64,000 nt of DNA from a virus: positions 1 through 64,000 of IMG/VR virus record IMGVR_UViG_3300035698_013362. One strand, given 5' to 3'. Shown piece after piece: positions 40,130-49,555 of the stretch (positions are counted from its first letter, which is position 1; every line of letters starts with the position of its first letter). A model generated the notes under the pieces. That model was not told the origin of the DNA. It ran no database searches and saw only the letters and a list, made by a program, of their open reading frames with translations. Position numbers and translations under genes: made by a program.

Positions 40130-41991
40130 TAATATTCAACTCCGCCGGAACTGTAATTAGAATCTACGATTTCCAGTTTATCTATAATACTATCAATATT
40201 ATAGAATACTGGGAACTGGAATGACTGTAGTTTTGAAGCACCTGTAAACGTTACAAAGTCGCTTCCATTAACAATTAGGTTTGTCCATCTTGCTAGTGAT
40301 ACACTATCTACTTTTACGTTGCCCTTGACGGTTTGAACTTTGGTTACTCCATTAAGAGCAAGCAATGAATTATATAGAGCAGAAGCGTCAACAACTTGTC
40401 CTAAGTTGTTGTTCTGATAATTAAAATAGTCAGTGAATATATTTAATGCTTTAGAACGAATGTTTTCAATTGTAATTAAGGCATTAGGATCGCGTTCAAT
40501 ACGAATTACTGTATCATCTACATCAGGCCATGAGGCGTTGATATCAATATCGACTGGGGTATCACCTACATAAGGCCAGATTTGAGTTTTAATAGAATCA
40601 AGAAATACAACTTCAGACGTAAGGCATTTAATAGGCTTCATGTTGTCATCCATACGATTCTTAACGAATTTAGAAACGTTGTTTGAACTTGAGTTAGCCT
40701 GTAACCAAAGGTATACGTTATTGAAGTCACATGAATCAGCAAATTTGTATCCAAATGATGCAATCTGTGGAACTAGTACATTATTGTCATATAACCACTT
40801 ATGGAAGCTAGCCATATAGTCCCAGTTGTTCATTACATTGACATCATGAACGGAATCTGAGAAATACTGCACAATATAGTTACTAAAATCGTTAGCACTA
40901 AGCAAACGACCACCGCTACGGAAATACGCAGGAGCATTTTCTTTAATTTCATCTACTGTCTCCATTACTATGTATGAAGTACTTGCTTGATCGATAGTTG
41001 CAATAATACTTCCACCTTCTGTATTATCAGAATCAAACGCATCTTCATTTACAATATAAGATTGATCATTAACATCAATACCAAGGATGTCTTTTACAGC
41101 GTCTGGGGTACCCATACCTTCAACAAAGAAGCTAAGGTTGGATTTCTGTGGAATGTTGATAAGTTCTTTACCAATAACCCCATCTGATCCATTAGACTTT
41201 AGGTAAATGAATTTAAGAGAAACATTAGCTGGAAGAATAGCGCCTGATACACCATCTCCAAATCTAATGCTGAGTTCTTTATCTTCATTTACTCGAACTT
41301 CAAATACCTTATCAGTAGGACCATAATCAAATAAGTTACGGACTGCTTTGAATTCATACCACGATCCACCGTATTTGTAATAAGCAAATAGTTTAAGGTC
41401 AGAAACAGGATTATCTTCCTGGTTGATAGTCATTTCGAATGTTTCGTTTGAAGTACCTGAAGTATTGAACTCACTGTCATACTTAGTCCAAACACCGTTA
41501 TAGAATAGCATTGAGTCTTCATATGTAAAGGTAAGATCATTTGCGTTATATAGAAGAGTGTAATCTTCTGCTAAAGCATAATAGATGTTATTACCATTAG
41601 AATCGATTGATTTACCAGTAGGTGGTTGGAATCTAATGAATTTAGAAAATATCTTAGTTGAGTTAGATGCACCAGTAATAGGATCAGCACCTTCTCCAAT
41701 ATCAAATGTAGTTGTTGAAGTTACTGCTGAAATAGGTCCACGTGGATTATATGCAAGTTTCTTAACGAGCTTATTAATAGCTTCATAGATTGTAGTGTCA
41801 CCAAATGAGGCTTGGGTCGCTTCATTGTTAGTGATATATGTCATGTTCTCGAACATCAATGAAAGAGTTTCAAGGATGATGCTCAAGTTAGAACCTTCAA
41901 ACAATTGGTCAGAATACTTTTCTGAGTTCTGAATGTTAAGTTTAAGAGTTGTTAAGATCGATTCTGCATCGAATTTTAAATAGTTAGCCAT
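40129..41991 (-). CDS. 6: baseplate wedge subunit gp6
   Basis: FEGSNLSIILE, LAYNPR, IRFGDGVSG, YLKSNGSDG, ETVDEIKENAP, RLLSANDF. Confidence 0.92.
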   Translation of the reverse strand: MANYLKFDAESILTTLKLNIQNSEKYSDQLFEGSNLSIILETLSLMFENMTYITNNEATQASFGDTTIYEAINKLVKKLAYNPRGPISAVTSTTTFDIGEGADPITGASNSTKIFSKFIRFQPPTGKSIDSNGNNIYYALAEDYTLLYNANDLTFTYEDSMLFYNGVWTKYDSEFNTSGTSNETFEMTINQEDNPVSDLKLFAYYKYGGSWYEFKAVRNLFDYGPTDKVFEVRVNEDKELSIRFGDGVSGAILPANVSLKFIYLKSNGSDGVIGKELINIPQKSNLSFFVEGMGTPDAVKDILGIDVNDQSYIVNEDAFDSDNTEGGSIIATIDQASTSYIVMETVDEIKENAPAYFRSGGRLLSANDFSNYIVQYFSDSVHDVNVMNNWDYMASFHKWLYDNNVLVPQIASFGYKFADSCDFNNVYLWLQANSSSNNVSKFVKNRMDDNMKPIKCLTSEVVFLDSIKTQIWPYVGDTPVDIDINASWPDVDDTVIRIERDPNALITIENIRSKALNIFTDYFNYQNNNLGQVVDASALYNSLLALNGVTKVQTVKGNVKVDSVSLARWTNLIVNGSDFVTFTGASKLQSFQFPVFYNIDSIIDKLEIVDSNYSSGGVEY

Positions 41992-41992
41992 A

Positions 41993-42430
41993 TTATCCGT
42001 TTCCGTTTCCGTTTAAAGCATATTGCATTTCATATTCATCTGTACCTAGAAGAGGAATGCTGTATCGTACAATTATGTCGTACTGGTTCTTAGAATGTCT
42101 TGGGGTGATATCAACTGTAATTAAGGCAATACGTGGTTCCCACTTCTCAATTCCTTCTCTTATTCTATCACCAATGGACATTGCTGTCGCTGTATTGATT
42201 GGCTCATAGATGAACGTTTCAATATCAAGACCGTAGTCCATATTATATTGACGTTCACCCTTTTTGAATCTAATAAGATTTACAAGGGAATTGTTTACTG
42301 CAGCAATATCATAATAAGAAGAGATATCACGTTTAACTGGATCAAGTTCCAAATTCTCGTTGATGTCCCTATAGATCCAGCGACGTGCTGAATCATCTGA
42401 TATTGCAATATCTATGGAAATATTGGCCAT
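41993..42430 (-). CDS. 25: baseplate wedge subunit gp25
   Basis: AVNNSLVNL..KGER...YG..IYEP...IEKWEPRI. Confidence 0.92.
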   Translation of the reverse strand: MANISIDIAISDDSARRWIYRDINENLELDPVKRDISSYYDIAAVNNSLVNLIRFKKGERQYNMDYGLDIETFIYEPINTATAMSIGDRIREGIEKWEPRIALITVDITPRHSKNQYDIIVRYSIPLLGTDEYEMQYALNGNGNG

Positions 42431-42449
42431 TTATACCTTTATAAGTTAT

Positions 42450-42722
42450 TTATACAGAAAAGGTTTTGATTGATGCAGTTGAGACAGTATCTCCACAAGA
42501 AAGTGAGTCTCCTAAGAGAACCCATCCTTTTGCATCACAAAACGTTTTAGTTGACGCTTTAATTGCCGTCAATGGATATGGGTGAGGGACATGTGGCGCC
42601 CAGGAGTCTCCCAGGCGATTAGCACCAAGACCATCTGCAAATGTCTTCACTGACCCCTGTATAGCTATGCTAGGCAATACCGTAGGGGTTGATAGGTCTG
42701 TAACACGAGCAACACCTTTCAT
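42450..42722 (-). CDS. PAAR spike-tip protein (gp5.4-like)
   Basis: GVARVTD, GS.KTFADG, RLGDSW.PH, LGDSLSCGD. Confidence 0.88.
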   Translation of the reverse strand: MKGVARVTDLSTPTVLPSIAIQGSVKTFADGLGANRLGDSWAPHVPHPYPLTAIKASTKTFCDAKGWVLLGDSLSCGDTVSTASIKTFSV

Positions 42723-44167
42723 TAGATGATTTCCTCGAGTGCTTTATTTGTTTCGTTTATATCTAATTCGATATACTTAAAATTGTCTGATAACCATTTA
42801 GATCCTGGATTCTCTAATACAGTGTCTAGTGAATCAACTCGATCGAACACGGCCGAAGCATATTGAGAGCATACGTCAAGTGAATTACATTCAGGCACAT
42901 TAACCCAATTATAATATCCTACTCCTACTTCGAAGTTAGTGATTCCGACCTCAATTAACTTTTCATTGATTTCCGCCAAATCAGTGTCTATAGTTATTAT
43001 ACCTTCAATTCCTAAATTATTGATTGCAATTGATGCTGATTGATAGAAGGTTTCTTCACCTAGATATTTCTTACCAACTATAATAGGATCAAAGGACTTA
43101 TTAGCTTTAATAGCTGTAATAACGTTCTCTATTACTTCTTCTTTCCGGATATACTCCCCATTAGGTAAAGCATCAATGGTTTCATCCCAAATAGTATTCA
43201 GCTGAGATTCTAAGTCAATTATGTACATATCAGTTTCGATTGGTTCTGCATCAGAACTGAAGTCATTAATTTTATTTAGAATATTAGGTGATTGAGTTTT
43301 AGTAAACTCTGACCACTGAAACTTTGGCATAGAAATATAGCCATTAAGACTTGAATTTGTTCCATTAGAGTCTACGATTTCTCCACCAACAAATTTATTA
43401 AGGCTTGATGTAGTTGTGAAGTTAAACCCAAAGTCAATTGTTCCTGCTGAACCGTTATCTAATGTGTATGCATCATTAGGGGCCGAAGATACATTCAATG
43501 ACCAAGTTGATCCTACTCTTGAATAACGAGTTGTTGGGTTTCCTATAATTGGTTCACTATAAGTAGCGGTAGCTACTATTTTGTCATAGTAATTTGCTCC
43601 GCGATCATCTATCTCATCTAGCGGGCCACGATATAAATCAGTATATGTAATAATAAACTCGGCGTGATCAGCATCATATCTTCCATTAGCAGCCCAGTTG
43701 AACCAAATAGTTAAATCAACTTGAACACTTCTAAAAGGCCAAGCTCGTAATTGGTCATCATTCTCTGTAATCTGAGAAAGCCTAATAATAATAGTATTTC
43801 CACCATCATCTGTTTCAATTACAGAATCACCGTATGTCATTACATCATCTAACATATGATCAGTATGGGTATATGGAAATGATAATCCATTTACCATATA
43901 TTCAGAAGGATCTTCTGGTTGCATTACAAAAGCGTCTTCAGCATTCTTCTCAGTAGCAAGAGGAAGCGATCCTACTTCAGATTTATTAACGGCAGAAAGC
44001 TTACCATTAATAGCAGCAAGCTTAGTTTCTAGATCAGCAACACAAGCAGATTTAAATGATTCTAAGGCTTCTTGATTTTCAAGAGGATAGTTAGATGGGT
44101 CAAAATTGTTATATAGGTCAATCTTTTCAGCTATTTCAGAAGCCGATTCTGGGAGCAAATTAGTCAT
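42722..44167 (-). CDS. late hypothetical protein upstream of PAAR
   Basis: TATAAATA at 44173-44180 supports start at ATG 44167. Confidence 0.7.
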   Translation of the reverse strand: MTNLLPESASEIAEKIDLYNNFDPSNYPLENQEALESFKSACVADLETKLAAINGKLSAVNKSEVGSLPLATEKNAEDAFVMQPEDPSEYMVNGLSFPYTHTDHMLDDVMTYGDSVIETDDGGNTIIIRLSQITENDDQLRAWPFRSVQVDLTIWFNWAANGRYDADHAEFIITYTDLYRGPLDEIDDRGANYYDKIVATATYSEPIIGNPTTRYSRVGSTWSLNVSSAPNDAYTLDNGSAGTIDFGFNFTTTSSLNKFVGGEIVDSNGTNSSLNGYISMPKFQWSEFTKTQSPNILNKINDFSSDAEPIETDMYIIDLESQLNTIWDETIDALPNGEYIRKEEVIENVITAIKANKSFDPIIVGKKYLGEETFYQSASIAINNLGIEGIITIDTDLAEINEKLIEVGITNFEVGVGYYNWVNVPECNSLDVCSQYASAVFDRVDSLDTVLENPGSKWLSDNFKYIELDINETNKALEEII

Positions 44168-44199
44168 ATAGGTATTTATATTCATTTTTATGAAAGTTT

Positions 44200-44253
44200 C
44201 TATGTACAAATGATATCACGTTGAGTATACTCTTCTCATACTTAACAACAACT
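44200..44253 (+). repeat. 54-bp exact direct repeat carrying an early promoter, copy 1
   Basis: Identical to 59724..59777; TGTACA-N17-TATACT. Confidence 0.92.
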
Positions 44254-44262
44254 GGAGATACA

Positions 44263-44426
44263 ATGAAAACATTCACAATGCATATTAAAGAAACGGAACC
44301 CTCTCGATCTGCGATGCTAAATCTCCTTCTAAGAAAGCTTTAAATAAATATGCGGTCGATCAAGGTTGGGAAGTTCTGTTGATCGAAGAAAAAGGTAAAG
44401 AATTCAATTGCGCAGTGGCGGTATAA
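44263..44426 (+). pseudogene. frameshifted small early gene
   Basis: GGAG RBS and MKTFTMHIK; adding one base opens a 54-aa frame to the TAA before ORF 44428. Confidence 0.5.
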
Positions 44427-44427
44427 A

Positions 44428-44649
44428 ATGGTTGAAGTAACAGATAACGCAATCGCAGTAAATCAACAAATCTTCGACGAATTGGTCGGACATCATGATG
44501 CACCTAAAGCAATGTGGACTATGAACATTAATCGTCCATCTGAAATAATCAATCATATGGCTTATGATAAGTATAACGCTCAGATTGATGTAATGATCCG
44601 TGTATGTCGTAACCTCGGTATCGAACTTAAAATTAAGGAAATCAAATAA
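44428..44649 (+). CDS. early hypothetical protein
   Basis: 73-aa ORF in early island. Confidence 0.65.
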   Translation: MVEVTDNAIAVNQQIFDELVGHHDAPKAMWTMNINRPSEIINHMAYDKYNAQIDVMIRVCRNLGIELKIKEIK

Positions 44650-45092
44650 TGCAGACTTTAATCGGAGCAATTGAGAAGTACAACCTGGAAGAAATCTCTT
44701 CATGTGCATCAATGGAAATAGATGCTGTAGATTTCCTATTGCCTACAGATCTTAATATCTGGGCAGGTCGTGAAGTTCTTACAGCCAATGATTTCGCTGA
44801 CTGGGTTGATCTTCATCAGGTTCACAGTGATGTCATGGAAGATATCAACGGAACACGTCCTAATTACATCCCTGAGACGCTCAGCGAGCTTCGTGAAGAT
44901 GATGAATATATGACTAATTATTTGTTAAATGAACTCAGAGAAAGTGAAGCATATGAACGCGAACAACGTCGAGAGGCAGCTGTTCATCGTAAAGAGAAAG
45001 AGAAAGCTATCCGTAAGCGCCGCTCTGATAACTTTGGTTCAATGATGTTCGGTGATAATCTACTGGAGGCCCTCGTTGCCAAAGCACGCTAA
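44649..45092 (+). CDS. early hypothetical protein
   Basis: 147-aa ORF, TAATG coupling. Confidence 0.7.
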   Translation: MQTLIGAIEKYNLEEISSCASMEIDAVDFLLPTDLNIWAGREVLTANDFADWVDLHQVHSDVMEDINGTRPNYIPETLSELREDDEYMTNYLLNELRESEAYEREQRREAAVHRKEKEKAIRKRRSDNFGSMMFGDNLLEALVAKAR

Positions 45093-45276
45093 AAGAAAAG
45101 GTGCTAAGCGGCGCAAACAAGCTGCTTTCGCTGCCGAGCAACATTGTCATAGCTGTGAACAAAAAGATTCTACAGTTAAATTAAGAGTTAACCCATATGC
45201 CGCAGAAATTTGCGGTGATAGTACTGAACACTATATCTGTGATGATTGTTATTACAGAATGGCCGAGGAAATATAA
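45052..45276 (+). CDS. small zinc-finger protein
   Basis: CHSC...NPYAAEICGD...ICDDCY. Confidence 0.6.
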   Translation: MIIYWRPSLPKHAKRKGAKRRKQAAFAAEQHCHSCEQKDSTVKLRVNPYAAEICGDSTEHYICDDCYYRMAEEI

Positions 45277-45528
45277 TGAACAAAGGTTGTGAAAATTGTA
45301 GAAATTTGAAGATTGTAGAAGATCTTCAGCAACATGGTCCTGTCATGGAAACAGTGCCTAGGAGCCTAAAGAAGAACCCTCTCAGACGGACCTTGCTGAA
45401 GATAGTGTAACTATGTTTTACATTATTCGTAACGTCTATAACGATCTTCCGGCTAATAAAGATTGGCTCGATCCTAACCTTGAACAAATGATGCAAGATC
45501 TATTGAATAAACATTATGGCGTTCTATA

Positions 45529-45699
45529 ATGAAATCTGATACACATGGATTAGGTATTTATGTAGATGCCATTGACACTCATGGAAATGAGGTCTTTGGT
45601 GAATTAACTGGAACCGGAGCTGGTAAATACACTGGCTTACTTCTTAAATCAGGCCACACTGTGGCAGTAATTAAATCAACAGTAGTTTACGGAGATTAA
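45529..45699 (+). CDS. small hypothetical protein (56 aa)
   Basis: MKSDTHGLGIYVDAIDTHG...VYGD, abuts both neighbours. Confidence 0.55.
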   Translation: MKSDTHGLGIYVDAIDTHGNEVFGELTGTGAGKYTGLLLKSGHTVAVIKSTVVYGD

Positions 45700-46062
45700 A
45701 TGAAAAATTATAAATGGATTAAAATGCCAGTGTACGAAGTACAATTTCGATTCAAAACAGGTGAACCAGTAAGGTATTGGTTCAAATCCTTTACAGTAAA
45801 TGCAGATGGATCGCTTGAGTGGTCTCTTTGTCTTGACCCTAAATCAGCTATGGCGGCTAAAAGACTAGCTAATCCAGAAACAAATGAAGCTAACCTTAAA
45901 AGATACGAAGAGTATGTTAAGACTCATACTAAATCCATTGTTAAATTGGTTCCAGATGAAATCACTATGATTAGTCAGGAATACACTCAATATCTAGAAG
46001 TTTATATATCCCTAAAGGCTATTAAGGACAATAAGTTATCACAATTTATTTGTGATCGTTAA
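45700..46062 (+). CDS. hypothetical protein
   Basis: 120-aa ORF, GGAG RBS. Confidence 0.65.
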   Translation: MKNYKWIKMPVYEVQFRFKTGEPVRYWFKSFTVNADGSLEWSLCLDPKSAMAAKRLANPETNEANLKRYEEYVKTHTKSIVKLVPDEITMISQEYTQYLEVYISLKAIKDNKLSQFICDR

Positions 46063-46861
46063 TTCCACCAGCTGTTTGTGTATTAGAGCCACCCGTTGTT
46101 AAGTTGTTATTCCCACCTACGAATGTAGTGTGTTCCTGGCTCACTTGAAGGTCATCGTTCTTAAGGACGGTGACCTTTCTGTTTTTCTTAATCTTTTCAG
46201 TAGAACTACCATCACGAGTAGAGTCCTTGTCACCTTTATGTATTTCTGATGTATTACCATCTACATTAAGATAGTCATCACCCTGTACGTAAGTATGGCG
46301 ATCACCAGTAATCTTCTGATAAAGATCACCATCAATAGTAAGATTTACATGTCCTTTGATAACTACATCAAGGGCCATTTGATCAGCTTCAATTTCTATA
46401 CGTGCACGTGTACCCTGATTATTCAACTTAGTTCCTTGAGGGTTCTCAGTAGAAGTCTGCATAGATGATTCACTATTGTCCGGATTTTCGTCTATAGTGA
46501 TTCTGAAGTTCTCACTAGATAAAACATGCTGCATTTCGTGCTCGGACATCCAGGCGTCTCCTGCCTGTGCACTTGCAAAATATTTAGGATAGTTCTGATC
46601 ATTACCTTCAAAGAATACCCAAACATATGTTCCATTACCTGGAACTGAAGTCCACCCGGTCGAACTAAACTTTACACCAGAGTTTTCAGATATTCCTGCT
46701 CCACCAAATATTGGCATTACTGGCTCTGCCCAAGGAAGTCTATCAGGCAAAGTTATAAACTCGCCATCATATACTCCTGGAATGTGAATCTTGCATCGTC
46801 CTGCATTTTCAGTGTCAACGTTGCTAATTACAATCCCTCTATAGAATCCATTATTTACCAT
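46046..46861 (-). CDS. 5: baseplate central spike gp5-like (OB fold + beta-helix, no lysozyme)
   Basis: FYRGIVISNVD..GRCKI..LPWA..P.NGT.VWVFFEG; VxGD/N repeats. Confidence 0.9.
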   Translation of the reverse strand: MVNNGFYRGIVISNVDTENAGRCKIHIPGVYDGEFITLPDRLPWAEPVMPIFGGAGISENSGVKFSSTGWTSVPGNGTYVWVFFEGNDQNYPKYFASAQAGDAWMSEHEMQHVLSSENFRITIDENPDNSESSMQTSTENPQGTKLNNQGTRARIEIEADQMALDVVIKGHVNLTIDGDLYQKITGDRHTYVQGDDYLNVDGNTSEIHKGDKDSTRDGSSTEKIKKNRKVTVLKNDDLQVSQEHTTFVGGNNNLTTGGSNTQTAGGINDHK

Positions 46862-48042
46862 TATTTTGTAAGCTTCCCAATACGACTCATGATGATCGTT
46901 TGATCGTATTTATTTGTTCCAAAACTATATTCATCCGTAGTACGCATGTTCATCCATAAACCAGAGAAAGTTGCCTTCAAGGATGGCGAAGAGCGCATTA
47001 CTATTATGTCGCCGATGTTTCTTTCAGCTGCACCTCTAATCTTAACCATGACGCCATTATACGTTCTAACAGCGTTACGTATGTTGGCAAACCAATTATG
47101 TCCTTGACCAAACTGAACGTAATTGATATCTTCTTCAGTATTAGACGTATTATCTATAATGCTATCAAATCCTGTAACTGAAGTACCATTTGTGATGTCT
47201 GTATAAAGCATTCGTCTTGTATCGAAAACACCTTTAAGATGATCAAACTTATATTCCTTGATTCCTTTAGACAAACGATCTATTTTAGTTGCTGTAACAT
47301 CATTTGTGTATTCAATTGAAGTAGGGGTATAATAATCCTCTGAACCGAATCCTTCAGATGGAACTGAAAAGATATTATACGGTTGTAGAGTTGAGTTATT
47401 GATAATGTTCGTTAATGAATCAATCTCTAACTTATTCTCAATCTGATTGTACCAAGGGAAATAAAACCCAGACCCATTAATAGACGCTAAGTCAAGTAAT
47501 CTATTGATATGTTCTTTTACCGATGAGTTTATGTCTGTAATAAAACTAGAGGTATATGATGAGTCTTTAATAGGACGAGTAAATGGGATCTTAGCTCTTG
47601 CTAGAATATTACAAGCAGTTTCGGTCACTGAAATATTCTTTGCATTCCCTGTACTGAATTTGATAGGGTTCATCCAAGCTTTATAGTGCTCAGATACTCC
47701 TTCAATCTTATACGTATTTGATTGTCCTGAGAAGTTTATTGGGATTACACGGTTAATGTTGAAAGCATGTATCTTATTAATTGTTCTTACATCAGCGCCA
47801 TATTTCTCTTGAGCAATAATCTTAATTCCGATAGCTGAGTTATTATCTGCAGCATAAAGAGGGATTACGGTAGAGCTAGGGTCCTTGATGATAATCTCAA
47901 CCCTAGGAAATGGTTCCATCGAGTCGTTAATAACCGATAGTTTTAAGACATGATCAAGAGGGATTTCTTGAGCTATGCCACCGCGACGTATTAAAGTAAT
48001 TCCAACTTGGAACTCACTATTATTGAGAGTGCATATATCCAT
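46861..48042 (-). CDS. baseplate hub protein (gp27-like)
   Basis: Between LysM gene and gp5; IRG..ERNIGDII...SGLW. Confidence 0.65.
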   Translation of the reverse strand: MDICTLNNSEFQVGITLIRRGGIAQEIPLDHVLKLSVINDSMEPFPRVEIIIKDPSSTVIPLYAADNNSAIGIKIIAQEKYGADVRTINKIHAFNINRVIPINFSGQSNTYKIEGVSEHYKAWMNPIKFSTGNAKNISVTETACNILARAKIPFTRPIKDSSYTSSFITDINSSVKEHINRLLDLASINGSGFYFPWYNQIENKLEIDSLTNIINNSTLQPYNIFSVPSEGFGSEDYYTPTSIEYTNDVTATKIDRLSKGIKEYKFDHLKGVFDTRRMLYTDITNGTSVTGFDSIIDNTSNTEEDINYVQFGQGHNWFANIRNAVRTYNGVMVKIRGAAERNIGDIIVMRSSPSLKATFSGLWMNMRTTDEYSFGTNKYDQTIIMSRIGKLTK

Positions 48043-48392
48043 TATTCAACAATCCTATCAAGAACAACCTGAACGATGTTCTGCTTAGGAATATTTATAA
48101 CTGATTCTTCTTCAGGAATATTAAACGGGTTAGTTATTTCGTTAGCTTTAGCAATAATCCACCAAAGCTTTGAATTACCATAATAAGCATATGCAAGCTT
48201 ATACCAGCTATCTCCATCACGCCAGAGGTGTTTAGTTACGAATTTTTCGTTTAGTTGATCAATATTACCAAATTCAATTGTTCGACCTGAGTAGAAATAG
48301 TCGTCTCCTTCATCAGTCTTATATGCATTGAACATATTGGCCATATCGGAGAACTTTAGTCCAATATTAGATTTTTTAATGTCTTGTACCAT
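48042..48392 (-). CDS. 53: baseplate wedge gp53-like LysM protein
   Basis: GDSWYKLAYAYYGNSKLWWIIAKANEITNPF. Confidence 0.85.
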   Translation of the reverse strand: MVQDIKKSNIGLKFSDMANMFNAYKTDEGDDYFYSGRTIEFGNIDQLNEKFVTKHLWRDGDSWYKLAYAYYGNSKLWWIIAKANEITNPFNIPEEESVINIPKQNIVQVVLDRIVE

Positions 48393-48400
48393 AATTTCCT

Positions 48401-49555
48401 TTAATTCGATTCACTAGTAATTCTAACCTTTTGATTACCCATTAAGTAATTAGCGTAAACGTTGAAACATGGAGGAGTAAGGTCACGTGCACTAATCGAA
48501 ACTTTATAAGCATCAGGATAAAGAGTATTTTCGTTTACCATTGGAACATCAGTGATTTTAGTGTACAATGGCATCTTACGAACATTACCTACGAACTCAA
48601 TAGTCATATCAATAGCGACGAATAACTGTATGAAGCGTCCTGGGCACTCAACTCTGAATACGTTTGGTGATTTAGTATATGCAAGAGAAAGGTTGCCTAT
48701 AGAGGCTCCATCTGCTTTAGATTCAACATATTCTCCTACAGCATTTACAGCGTCTTCAATGTTTTCAGAGGCAGGTGAAGATCCTGTCATATGGACCCAC
48801 TGTGTACTTGGGTATAATGCATTAATAAAGGTAAAGTTCTTCTGTAAAGCTTCAAGGTCGTCATTAAGTAAAAAGAATTCAGTATCCCAACCTGGACCTT
48901 CAGAGTTATTGTTTGACCATTGTGGTGATTTCATAATATTCATATTGAAACCATCATTCATCAATTCACCGAAACGTCCCGCTGAATCAATTGCATTACC
49001 CATTGTCCAACCATCTTTAGAGTTAGAGCTTAAGTAAGTGTTATTGTAAAAAGGGATTTCGTAAGTATTAACTACTTCACCTTCGATCAAGCCGTCAATA
49101 GCACTTATATCAAGAAGCTTATTTGATTCAGCAACAGAGGATGAATATTTGTCAGCAAGGTTATTCAAGTAAACTGATCCAGCAATCTGACTTCCTGTCT
49201 GGGCTACGGAAGTTGTTGCTCTTATAAATTTCTCTACTAGAGGTAGTTCACCTAAGGCGGTCATATCAGATAAGATTTTAGACCAATCTACTTTCTTCTT
49301 AGGTTGCTTTTCAACCATGATTAGTTTAGGGATAGAATCATAATCAACTAATGAATCAGTTCCATTAATCTCATAGTTATCAGACCACTTATAATCTTTA
49401 AGGGTGAACGATCTTCTATAAAGTGATCCGTTATAGGTAGTAGTTGTAATCCTTTTACCGTTTACTTTAATTGCCCCAACACTAGATACTTTAGCACCCC
49501 TAAAATTGATTGCTGCTCTTAAATCTTTCTTTGGTCCTAATTCATTATTTGCCAT
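48401..49555 (-). CDS. baseplate tail-tube cap (gp48-like)
   Basis: YEIPF, SPNVFRVECPG, YPDAYKVSIS; between tape measure and gp53. Confidence 0.6.
   Translation of the reverse strand: MANNELGPKKDLRAAINFRGAKVSSVGAIKVNGKRITTTTYNGSLYRRSFTLKDYKWSDNYEINGTDSLVDYDSIPKLIMVEKQPKKKVDWSKILSDMTALGELPLVEKFIRATTSVAQTGSQIAGSVYLNNLADKYSSSVAESNKLLDISAIDGLIEGEVVNTYEIPFYNNTYLSSNSKDGWTMGNAIDSAGRFGELMNDGFNMNIMKSPQWSNNNSEGPGWDTEFFLLNDDLEALQKNFTFINALYPSTQWVHMTGSSPASENIEDAVNAVGEYVESKADGASIGNLSLAYTKSPNVFRVECPGRFIQLFVAIDMTIEFVGNVRKMPLYTKITDVPMVNENTLYPDAYKVSISARDLTPPCFNVYANYLMGNQKVRITSESN

Noticed and set aside
44168-44209. Track start codons at 44209, 60605, 9586 and 33886
   Set aside because: These starts lie upstream of or within promoter motifs, or overlap neighbouring genes; downstream ATGs fit better.
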